Shown: in pieces, positions 1 to 10,600 of the stretch
How the letters are laid out: every line of letters begins with the position of its first letter
Numbering within the stretch: position 1 is the stretch's first letter
Assembly (NCBI GenBank): GCA_965205025.1
Contig: CBDBFU010000015.1
Location: forward strand, 160,001 to 224,000
Origin: Candidatus Poribacteria bacterium
GTDB taxonomy: Bacteria > Poribacteria > WGA-4E > WGA-3G
Direction: 5' to 3'
Length of the DNA stretch: 64,000 nucleotides
Program-made: the position numbers and the translations under genes
The notes under the pieces: generated by a model
The model's input: only the letters and a program-made list of their open reading frames with translations
Told to the model about the DNA's origin: nothing
The model's database searches: none

Positions 1-661
1 GTCCTCTACAGTTAATACCAACAGCATGTGCCCCAAGTTGTTCTATTTCTTGGGCAAATACCCTAACATCCACACCTGTCCCAAGAGTTCCACCTGAAAT
101 TCCACTAATCTCGACTATTACTGGTATACCGTAGCTTAAAGCCTGCTTTGTAGCAATTTCAGTTTGTTTCTGAAGAACAAATGTTTCTAAGATGAGTAGA
201 TCAACCCCTTCATCTACAAGGGTGTCCATCTGTTCTTGAAAAAGTCGACGAATGGTTTTACTTGATGGAATAACAGTTGATTCTGTTACATCTTGAGTAT
301 GAAATGGAATTTGTCCAATAGATCCAGCAACAAAAGATTTCGTAGATGCAGCACTCCGTGCTAATTTTACCCCCATACGGTTGATCTCTTCTAATTCATC
401 TTCATATCCATGGGGAGTCAATGCTTCCCTATTCGCTTGATATGTATTGGTCTGAATAACATCAGAACCAGCATTCAGATATGCTTGATGAATCTCGATT
501 ACTTTATGAGCATGTTCCTCCATAATGTTACATGCATCAACACAAGGTAGGGGTGAAGAAATACGTTTTCGGAGTTCTGTTCCAATGGCACCATCACACA
601 CGAGTATACGTTCTGTGATTGCATCCATGAAATCAGGTTTTTTAGTTGGCTGCGTTGTCAT
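1..661 (-). CDS. Homocysteine S-methyltransferase family protein (N-terminal part; runs off the window start)
   Basis: Manual translation from ATG at 661 gives MTTQPTKKPDFMDAITERILVCDGAIGTEL...HQAYLNAGSDVIQTNTY...VAGSIG...GVDLLILETF...AVGINC. These are typical HMT-domain motifs (MetH N-terminus/YitJ-like). Confidence 0.9.
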   Translation of the reverse strand, partial: MTTQPTKKPDFMDAITERILVCDGAIGTELRKRISSPLPCVDACNIMEEHAHKVIEIHQAYLNAGSDVIQTNTYQANREALTPHGYEDELEEINRMGVKLARSAASTKSFVAGSIGQIPFHTQDVTESTVIPSSKTIRRLFQEQMDTLVDEGVDLLILETFVLQKQTEIATKQALSYGIPVIVEISGISGGTLGTGVDVRVFAQEIEQLGAHAVGINCRG

Positions 662-688
662 GTTTCTATACTGAGTAGTAAACCATAA

Positions 689-726
689 TTTAATCCCGTG
701 CCTGCAGAAGCAGATACGGGATTAAA
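689..726. terminator. Stem-loop, probable intrinsic terminator after the 765..2378 gene
   Basis: Inverted repeat TTTAATCCCGT(689-699)/ACGGGATTAAA(716-726) with inner CTGC/GCAG pairing. Confidence 0.6.
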
Positions 727-764
727 ATAGGTTAGTCATTTATCTATAAAACGTCAAAAGCCAT

Positions 765-2378
765 TTATTGTATTAGATCTCCAGCTTTTTCTACGGGTAT
801 ATAATAATACCCATAAATGATGCACATCTCATCCTCGGAGGTAAGTCCAAATTGGAGAGGCACATTCTTATCGTAATTATTAAATGTACACTGGAAAGAT
901 ATACCATCATCTGGACTAAGTATAATAGGAGAATGGAAGAGAGTAATTGGAGCATCATCGTATGCTATACTTCTGTGCAGTAATTCTCCAGTTGACTTTT
1001 GGAATATTTCAAATAACTCTCCATGTCTATGCATATGTGATGTTAGTAAGAATACATACAATTCTGAATCTGGATCATGTCCCCGTGTAGTAATCTCATC
1101 TTCAACATACCACGTCATTTTTGCGACTCGTGTCAAAGATGGGGGTACATTAATAGATCTATTTGAAACGAAGATCTCTATTGCTTCATACTTAAGCTCT
1201 TCCTCAGGTATCGTATAAATGTTTATATAAGTTTCACCAATTAATGTTTCATCCCCTAAGAGATTAATGTAATGAGAATTAAGATCGAAAATGGTATCCC
1301 CAGGTACTCGTAAACCTACACCTTCAGGAAATTGAAATATTGTATCATCGGTCTGTGTAGCCACAACGAATAAACGGTCTACCCCAAAATTACCAAGTGC
1401 TTGTGGATCATCAGGATCAAGTTCACGAAATTCATCTTCTGGATTAACACCAATACTCGGATCTATCGCCCTCTTATGGATTCCATTTGCCAAACCTTCA
1501 TCAGTTAAACGATATAGGATGAAGTGGTGACTACCAGATGGATAGAATATCTCAACTCTGTTGATGTAGATATCACCTTCAATTGGATTACCTTCATGAT
1601 CTAATAACTGCTTTGCATAGAAAACTTCACGTTCGGTACCAGGTTCAATTTTAAAAGGTGGTAGCTGTAATTGATATCCTTCTCCTTGAGCAGGTGGAGG
1701 TGGAGGATTAAATATTTCTTCTGGATCGCGAAGTACACCAAGATCTCCAATGCCGGGAACCTTTCCTTCTTGGGGTGCTCCAGCTTCAATCCAGGTCCTT
1801 ATTGCTTCTATTTTACCGTTATGTAATGTACCTCCACCGAAAGGCATACGCCCTCCAAAATTTGGGTTTTCAGGTCCCATTAACTTTGTTAGTAGAAAAC
1901 TATTGTCAGGGTTTTCAGGATCAATCAACTTCATTCCTGCAGCAGCTGCTGCTCTATTCCTTGGTATACGACCAACTAAATCAGGATAGGATTGACCATA
2001 GGTAAGATTCAAATCTGCTGAATTTTGAGGTGGTGCATGGCAGGCACTATTCGCACAACTCTTGTCGAAGATATTATCTTGGATTTCATGATAAGTCGAA
2101 TTATCTTCCTGTTCAGTTGCCCCAAAATTATTAGCTACTCTAACAAGGTCAAGTATATTTACGCTACCATCACGATTAACATCAGGATTCTGAACAGCAT
2201 TACGATCCCCTGGTTGACCGATAGAATTGGCTACCAGAACAAGATCCTGAATATTTACGGTACCATCTTTATTTACATCCTCTAATAAGGTGGAATCTTC
2301 TCCATGACCAAATACTGAGAATGTCATGATACAAACAAAAAACACACTTAATGTAGTGAGTGAGATATACTTATTCAT
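765..2378 (-). CDS. Secreted dockerin + cytochrome c + copper type II (PHM/DBH-like) monooxygenase fusion
   Basis: Signal peptide; two dockerin Ca loops (DVNKDGTVNIQDL, DVNRDGSVNILDL); CANSACH haem motif with a downstream GRMP Met; copper ligands SHHFIL, NSHY, SHMH and DEMC. Confidence 0.85.
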   Translation of the reverse strand: MNKYISLTTLSVFFVCIMTFSVFGHGEDSTLLEDVNKDGTVNIQDLVLVANSIGQPGDRNAVQNPDVNRDGSVNILDLVRVANNFGATEQEDNSTYHEIQDNIFDKSCANSACHAPPQNSADLNLTYGQSYPDLVGRIPRNRAAAAAGMKLIDPENPDNSFLLTKLMGPENPNFGGRMPFGGGTLHNGKIEAIRTWIEAGAPQEGKVPGIGDLGVLRDPEEIFNPPPPPAQGEGYQLQLPPFKIEPGTEREVFYAKQLLDHEGNPIEGDIYINRVEIFYPSGSHHFILYRLTDEGLANGIHKRAIDPSIGVNPEDEFRELDPDDPQALGNFGVDRLFVVATQTDDTIFQFPEGVGLRVPGDTIFDLNSHYINLLGDETLIGETYINIYTIPEEELKYEAIEIFVSNRSINVPPSLTRVAKMTWYVEDEITTRGHDPDSELYVFLLTSHMHRHGELFEIFQKSTGELLHRSIAYDDAPITLFHSPIILSPDDGISFQCTFNNYDKNVPLQFGLTSEDEMCIIYGYYYIPVEKAGDLIQ

Positions 2379-2413
2379 AAGATATAATTCCCTTTTTATA
2401 AAATGCTATACAT

Positions 2414-2558
2414 TAACGTCAGTTTGATAATAAAAATGTCAGTTCGATAAACAGAATTTTGTCCTGAAGATAGTCTTTGTAGCACAAACTTTCCAGTTTG
2501 TGCACTCTGGTGTTAACTAAAAGTTCGGGTTACAATCTGTCTTATCAAACTCACGTTA
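2414..2558. mobile_element. Miniature inverted-repeat element with an internal GTAG-REP-like hairpin
   Basis: 17-bp terminal IR TAACGTCAGTTTGATAA (2414-2430)/TTATCAAACTCACGTTA (2542-2558), 1 mismatch; internal GTAGCACAAACT-TTCC-AGTTTGTGC at 2479-2503. Confidence 0.65.
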
Positions 2559-2574
2559 TACACTAAAACTATAA

Positions 2575-3289
2575 TTATTTATCTCTGAAAATCTGTCCCT
2601 TAGATATAAATCTATATTTTAATAAAGTCCATGCTGCAAAAATACCATCTGACCAAAAACGAAGTTTCTTACCTTCTTTTTTTGTACGAGGGAAGTAAGA
2701 TACGGGGACTTCAAGGATATTATGTCCAGCGCGTAATATTTTTGCTGTAACTTCAGGACAAAATTCAAATCCTTCACAGGTTAAATTCAAATCTTTTAAT
2801 AATTTCTGCTGTGAAGATTTTATAACCTGTTGATTCGTCCGTTATCCTACATCCATATAGAAGGTTTGTATAAAATGCCAGTATTCTATTGGCTATATAA
2901 TTATGTAGACTTGCATTCCCTCTGCCTTTTAAGAAGCGTGAACCGTATACAACTTGAACACCGTCGTTCTTTAATGGTTCAACTAAATTCACAAGATCGT
3001 TAGGAGAAAGTTCCATATCTGCATCCTGTATTACAACTATATCTCCCTTAACATGCTGAATTCCACTCCGAATAGCAAATCCCTTTCCTCGATTTACTTC
3101 ATTCTGAACAATTGTCAGTTTAGAATCTGTTTTTAATTCCTCAAGTATATGGAATGTATTGTCTGTTGAACCGTCATTGACAACTATAATTTGAATTTCA
3201 AGGGGTAATGACTGTACTGTTTCAAGTACCTGGCGAATTGTATTCTCCTCATTATACGCAGGTATGATAACAGATACTAACATGTGCAA
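2575..3289 (-). pseudogene. Glycosyltransferase family 2 (DPM/polyprenol-P synthase-like), frameshifted near 2790
   Basis: ORF 2774..3289 (IPAYNE, VNDGSTD, QDADME) continues in another frame as ORF 2575..2790 (FEFCPEVTAK, EVPVSY.PR...GKK). Removing one T in AGATTTGAA restores KRLNLTCEGF. May be a sequencing error. Confidence 0.85.
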
Positions 3290-3463
3290 TATACTCTATT
3301 TGGAGGTTGATTTTAAGCTTGTTGTCAACAAACTTAATACTATAAGGTATAGGCATTATTTTAATGTTTTTACACTATATAATCTTTTAGTTGGTTTAGT
3401 TAATATATATCCTCATAGTTGTAGTACTTCAACTCAGTCATCTCAATTCAAACATTAGTGAAC

Positions 3464-4257
3464 CTATAGGAGTGATCGAACCATACCACCATCTACCTGT
3501 ACCGTTGTACCTGTCATGTAGCTTGCTTTTTTTCCGATGCAAGAAAAACCACCATATTAGCGAATTCCTCTGGATCCCCAATCCTTCCAAGTGGAATGTC
3601 TCCAGTCATCTTCTCTATTGCTTCATCAAATGTGATACCTGCTTCTTCTGCTCTTACCGTGGCTAACTGTTTAATCCTATCTGTAAAAATAATTCCTGGG
3701 CAGACATTGTTAACTAATATCTTATCTGAAGCAAGTTCGGTAGCCAATGTCTTAGCGAAACCGATTACACCAGTACGAGCCATATTTGATAACATCAATC
3801 CATCAACCGGTTGTTTTACAGAAACAGAAGTTAGGTTGATAATTCTTCCACCACCGCGTGACCGCATAGATGGAACAGCAGCACGGCATAAATTAATAGT
3901 ACTCATTAAGTTCAAATGTACTGCAGTCTCATAATCCTCAGCTGACAAATCATCAAAACGTCCTGCTCTTGGACCCCCTGCATTGTTGACCAAGATATCA
4001 ATTCCACCAAAGTGTGAAATCGTAGTATCAATCAAAGCTTCAACTTGTTCTGGTTGACTGACATCTGTTGGAATGGCTAATACTTCACTGCCGGTTTGAC
4101 TCTGAATATCATCTGCTGTCTCTTCTAAAACATCTTCACTTCTGGCACAAATTGTCACTTTTGCTCCTTCTTGAGCCAATCCTAATGCAATTGCCCTCCC
4201 AAGTCCTTTACTTGATGCTCCAACAACAGCAATCTTATCTTTTAGTCCAAGATCCAT
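3464..4257 (-). CDS. SDR family oxidoreductase (3-oxoacyl-ACP reductase-like); C-terminal frameshift in an A7 run
   Basis: GASSKGLG and NNAGG motifs. The ORF ends at 3514, but the canonical tail ASYMTGTTVQVDGGMVRSLL* continues in another frame to 3464 after the T7 run at 3527-3533 (+ strand). Confidence 0.9.
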
Positions 4258-4624
4258 AGTTAATTCTTAGGTATTAAACTACCTTGATTACCTTTCTAAT
4301 TGTTGTATTTCAATATCGAAAAGTATACTATGATTGCTTTCCATTGTCAAGAATTATGTAATTCAGTCAAGAATAGTTTTCTTTCTTTTTTTAAATGTGT
4401 TATATTTCGATTAATTAATATATAATGTGGAATCAACAATTGTATTACGCGAATTTCTGAGTCTGGCACCATTATTTACTTAACTCTCACATATTTAAAA
4501 ACTACATAAGTCCGGGTAAAATTTGAAACAGTGTCGGTTTAAAGTAATGATTAAAAAGTTAGCAACAGTTTGTGAGTTGGATTGAGTGCTATCAATACCT
4601 ATAAGCATCAATTAGGGGATAAAT

Positions 4625-7600
4625 ATGAAAAGATGGAAATATATCATAACGATTAGTTGTCTATTAATATTCAATTTCGTTTATCAAAATGTTCAAGCAC
4701 AACAGAATATTGCACAAGAGGCTTATGCTATTTTTGAGCAGTCGTGCTTGGTATGCCACGGGGAAAACGGTGCTTATACAGAGGCACTCATTATTGAACA
4801 TACGGCACTCATTGAGGAGGGAAAAGTTATTCCCGGTGATCCAGACGGTTCTGTGTTCTATCAACGGCTCATTGAAACAAACGTTGCTAAACGGATGCCA
4901 CAAGGACAACCAGCGCTTGATCCCGTTGCGATTGAGACGATTCGGCAATGGATTTTGGCAGGTGCACCGGATTGGGATGCCGTGCCAAGACCAAAAACCG
5001 ACTTCATTACAACTGATACTATGCTTGAATCAATTGAGAACCATGTTAACTCTCTTTCGTCAAGTGACAGATCGTTTGCTCGCTATTTTACGTTAACACA
5101 TCTGTATAATGCAGGTGAGACGACTGAAGCACTCAACGCTTATCGGCGTGCACTCTCAAAACTGATTAATAGCCTCTCTTGGGGACGCGAAGTTGTTAAA
5201 CCACAACCTATTGATACAGAACAAACCGTTTTCTACATTGACCTACGCGATTATGAATGGGATGTGAGAAACGATGCATGGACACAAATTGAACAAGCAT
5301 ATCCCTATCAAATGACGTTTGATGCTCCTACACAGACACATCTACATGAAAAACTGACGACCTTACAACAAGAGATGAACTGTGAAGTGCCGTTTGTTCA
5401 TGTGGATTGGTTTCTTGCAACTGCATCGTTGCCACCGCTATATCACGATATTCTCGCGTTGCCCGATACAGATCGTGAGTTAGAGGCATTACTTGAAGTG
5501 TTTGTTGCAGAAAACCTCCAAAATGCTCCTGGGAAACGCGTTTGGCGGGCGGGTTTCAACGAATCCGGTGTTTCACGACATAATCGCGTTGTTGAACGTC
5601 ATACGTCCTCGTATGGTGCCTATTGGAAAAGCTACGACTTTGCAGGGAGCGCAGAATCGCAGAATATCTTTACACACCCACTTGATTTTACACACGACGG
5701 TGGTGAGATTATCTTTAACCTACCGAACGGTTTACAGGCATACTTTCTTGTAGATGCTATAGGTGGCAGACTGGATGTAGCACCGACAGAGATCGTTTCT
5801 AATCCTGCTGCAAGTGATCCTGCTGTGCGGAATGGTCTATCTTGTATCGGTTGCCATACGCAAGGTATGAAGACATTTGAAGACGAGGTGCGTGCTGTTG
5901 TTGACAAGGCTGCTAACCCACCTTTTGACAAGGCGCGTGCGTTAGAACTCTATGTGAAAAAAGAGGTGATGGATGGACTTATTGAAGAGGATACGGAACG
6001 TTATAGGGAGGCACTTGAAGCAGCGGGTGGTGTATTCGGTGGTATTGAACAGATACAACGATTCCATGAGGCGTTTCAAGGAACTCTGAGTGTGGCGCAT
6101 GCTGCAGCTGCTGTTGGGTTAGAGACCGAGGTGTTCCTTGAAAAAACAAGTAAAAATACGACTTTACAGAACTTGTTAGGTGCATTGGTGTTAGAAAACG
6201 GTGCCATTAAACGAGATGCGTGGACATCAAATTTTTACGATGTGATTTCTGCGCTGAATACGCCTGACAGTATGCTGCCGATTGTTGAGCGTCCGGAGCG
6301 TATTCCTGGTGCTGGTGTTTATATTCCTGATGCGAACCTTCGCACAGCAATTGAGGAAGCACTCGGTAAAGCTGCTGGTGAGGTGATTACGGTAGAGGAT
6401 ATGGAGAAATTGAAATCCTTTAAATCTGTGAATAACGGAATTCACGATTTAACAGGACTTCAGTTTGCGGCAAATCTGCAAAGCCTTGAAGTTTGGGATA
6501 ATCAAATCACCGATTTAACACCTTTGCGAGGGTTAACAGGTTTGTATGGACTAAATCTTAAGCATAATGCGGTATCAGACCTATCGCCAATATCGGAACT
6601 GATAAACTTAACTGAGATCAATTTAGAAGGTAATTTGGTGTCCGACCTATCCCCTTTAAAAAACCTGAAAAAGTTGAGATATCTGCAATTATGGGATTGC
6701 CCAGTTTCCGACTTGTCGCCACTTGCTGGATTGACTGAACTAACAGAATTAAACTTGGCGGATCAAAGGTGGTATGATTTAGGACTTATAGATTTATCAC
6801 CACTAACAGGGTTAACAAATATGGAGTATTTAACCGTTCATAATCTAAAATTATCTTCTGGTTTAACACCTTTAGCAGGTTTGATCAATCTGAAGTCTTT
6901 AAAATTTGATGATAATAATGTAACTGATGTGACCCCTTTGGCAAATTTAAATAATTTGGAACACATTATAACTTGGGGCAATCCCATATCGGATTTTTCA
7001 CCTTTGACAAAATTGACTAAACTGAAAAAGGTAGATATCTGCGGCGCGAATATAACAGACCTCTCATTCTTAGCAGGGAAACCAGAGTTGACAGAACTGT
7101 ATCTTGTCAAAAACGAAATCACAGATATTACACCTTTGGCTGAATTACATGGATTAACACGTCTGAATCTTGAAGGCAACAACATATCAGATGTATCATC
7201 GATTGCAGGATTAACCAATCTAAAATGGCTAAAACTCACAAATAACCCGATAACTGATTTTTTACCTTTAACGGAGCTCTTCGAAAATACAAATATTGTT
7301 TTTGATGTTGTAATTCCTGATGTGAACCTACGGTCTGCAATTGCCGAAGTTCTTGGGAAAGAAGATATGACTGCTCCGATTACGCTTGCAGAGATAACAT
7401 CTTTGACAACTCTAATAGCAAGCAATAAGGACATTCATGATTTGACAGGACTTGAGCAGGCTGTAAATCTTGAAGAGTTATGGATTTCAAAGAATCCTAC
7501 ATTCGATCTATCACCGCTTGCCAACTTGAAAAACCTTATCGGTTTAGGTGCTTGGGAAACCCCTATATCGGATCTCTCACCTCTTGCAGATTTACCAAAA

Positions 7601-10600
7601 CTGAGATGGTTAGACTTTGGGCGCACTCCAACAGATGCAAATAGAGATTTAATTGGAAACTTGGATCTGGCACCACTTGCAGGCATAACAAGTCTGAGAA
7701 AACTGACATTTTATGCATGCGGCATAATAGATATTTCACCGTTGGCAAACTTAACAGAGTTGACGCATCTGAGAGTTGGTGGCAACAGAGAAATATGGGA
7801 TGCTTCGCCTGTTGCGGAACTAATCAACTTGGAACATCTGGACTTTCACCACGATTCAATATCCGATTTACGGCCGCTCGCAGGTTTAACTAAATTAAAA
7901 CATCTAAACCTTTATGACAATAGATTGGTATCTGATTTATCTCCGTTAGCAGGATTAACAAATTTGACAGAACTTCGACTTCACCGAAATATGATATCAG
8001 ATGTATCGCCCCTAAGTGGACTGATCAACTTGGAAATATTAATCCTTCGCAATAATCTTATTTCTGACATATCTCCCTTGGAAGGGTTACCTGAACATAC
8101 ACATATAGATTGGTTAAATAACCCAGGTGCTTCGGTCGGAGGACCGAAAATTGAGGGCCCCTGGTTATGGCTGTCGATCCCAAGAAAACGGCTTGAAAGC
8201 AAGACAGATTTGTTAGCAGAAATTAGCCACGGTTCTGTAACGGAAAATGAGATCGCTACCAAAGGTGCGTCGGAAGGGATGGTAGTCGGGGATAACTCAT
8301 GGATAGCTCATAGTATTTCTTCCACGAATAGAGGTAATGTCGCAGAAATGTTAAACGCACTTGGTCAACCCGAAGTTCGTTATACTGTTGTCTACGGTTC
8401 TATAACTATTTATTCACAACAGGAACAAAACACAAATATGTTTGTTGGAGCTGAGGGGAATCACAAAATATGGCTAAATGGGGAATTGATCCGAGAGGAT
8501 CTAAGCTACAATGGGAGTGATATACATGATTATGAACTTTTTTTCCCTGTCACCTTGAAGCAAGGATCCAATATTTTATTAGTGGCAATAGACAATTACC
8601 CATATCCAGAACGGTTTGAAGCCTATTTTGGATTTAAAAAAAGTACAGAATATATAGCATTCCAACCTTCGGATATTCATATTCCTGACCCCAACCTGCG
8701 CGCAACAATTGCAGAGACACTTAGTAAAGAAGAAACTGCTCCGATTACACTTCAAGAGATAACATCTTTGACAACTCTAATAGCAAGTAACAAGGATATT
8801 AAAGATTTGACAGGGCTTGAGTTTGCAACAAATCTGACTGAATTTAGAATCGATCACAATCCAATATCTAATCTGTCGCCAATCGCAGCGTTGACAAAGA
8901 TGCGTGAGATATATTTTAACGATACACAGATTACTGACCTTTCGCCACTTGCATCCTTGCGTGATCTTGAGGTGATAAATGCTGCACATACCCGCATATC
9001 AAATCTCGAACCGTTGGCAGACTTGAAAAATCTGAAAAAGTTAGACACAGTTCATTCTGATATTTCCGACCTCTCGCCCCTGGCAGGATTGACAAACTTA
9101 ACAAGATTGTACTTATATGACTGCAAAGCAACCGATCTTTCACCTTTAAAGGGATTAACAAAACTTACTTGGTTGGGTCTTACGCACACCGATAACATCT
9201 CGGATTTCTCACCTTTGTCGGGATTAACAAACTTGGAGCATCTCGACCTGTCCGATACAGAGATTTCGGATCTTACTCCGTTAGCAGGATTGATTAATTT
9301 AGAAACGTTGATACTCAATGAAAACCGAATCGTAGATGTCTCGCCACTTGCCTCTCTGCGTAACTTGAAAGATTTACAACTTCACAAGAATAACATCTCC
9401 GATCTCTCCCCCTTGGCTCGCATACGCGAGAGTATAGAAGTATTCACTTGGTTTGGTAACCCTGCCTTTCCACAAGGCGGTCCAAATATTGAGGGACCTT
9501 GGCTATGGTTGACTTTTCCCGGAAAAGCAGACAAAGATGTCGATTATTTAGCAACAGCATCTAATAATAAGATTACAGAAGAACAGATTGCTAATCTCGG
9601 TGCTTCAGAGGGTAATGTGATAGGAAATAGGGCATGGTCAGTCGGGATGCTTGAACCTTACCATCCGAATGACTTCAAGGCCAATAAGACGAATCTTAGA
9701 AGATTATTAGACTCTCAAGACGCTATTACACCCAATACTTACGGACAGACGTTTGTTGTTTACGGTTCTATGACTTTGTATTCTCCCAGAATACAGCAGA
9801 CGAAAATATTTATAGGTGCTAGTGCGGGTCAGAAAATTTATCTTAATGGCAAGTTAGTGCATCAAGACTATATAGACTATGCGTTTGGAGCACACAATGT
9901 TGGTTACCGAACATTTTTTCCTGTGACGTTACAAAAAGGGAAAAATGTATTGTTGGTAAGGCTTGACAATTTGAAAGCACATTATGATCTATGGTCTCTC
10001 TTTTTCGGGCTTGATGAAATCACAGAGTATATGGTGTTAACTCCAGGTGTAGGTTTCTCATTTTCAGTAATTGAAAAAGACTTTCTTGCCGGTGATACGT
10101 TCACACTAAATCTCAATGCAGAAAACATAACAGACTTAGCAGGATGGGAAGGAGATATTTCGTATGACCCAAATGTGCTTGAAGCAATTGAAGTTACGGA
10201 AGGTGGCTTTCTAAAAACTCACGATGCAACAACCTTCTTTCAACGTGGCACAATTGATAACACAACAGGCAAGATAACCGGCATCAATATAGCGAGGATT
10301 GCTGAAGGCGGAGTGAACGGTTCGGGAACTCTGCTATCTGTAAAATTCAGAGCAAAAGTAGGCGGCGATACATACATAACGTTAGAAAATTTTGAATTCG
10401 GTTCAAGTAGTGGAGACATTATTCCTGCTGTTCCACCGAATATTACCATCACTGTTGGAGAATATCCTGCTTGGGATGTGAATCAAGATGGACGTGTGAG
10501 CATTCTGGATCTAATCCTTGTCGCACAAGATTTAGGTTCAGGCACACCCGCTAACTTGCGGACCGATGTAAATCGTGATGGAGTTATCAATATCCAAGAC

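Noticed and set aside
662-764. Hairpin upstream of the homocysteine methyltransferase as a SAM or cobalamin riboswitch
   Set aside because: The intergenic region is only about 100 bp and shows no recognisable aptamer core; a simple terminator explains it.
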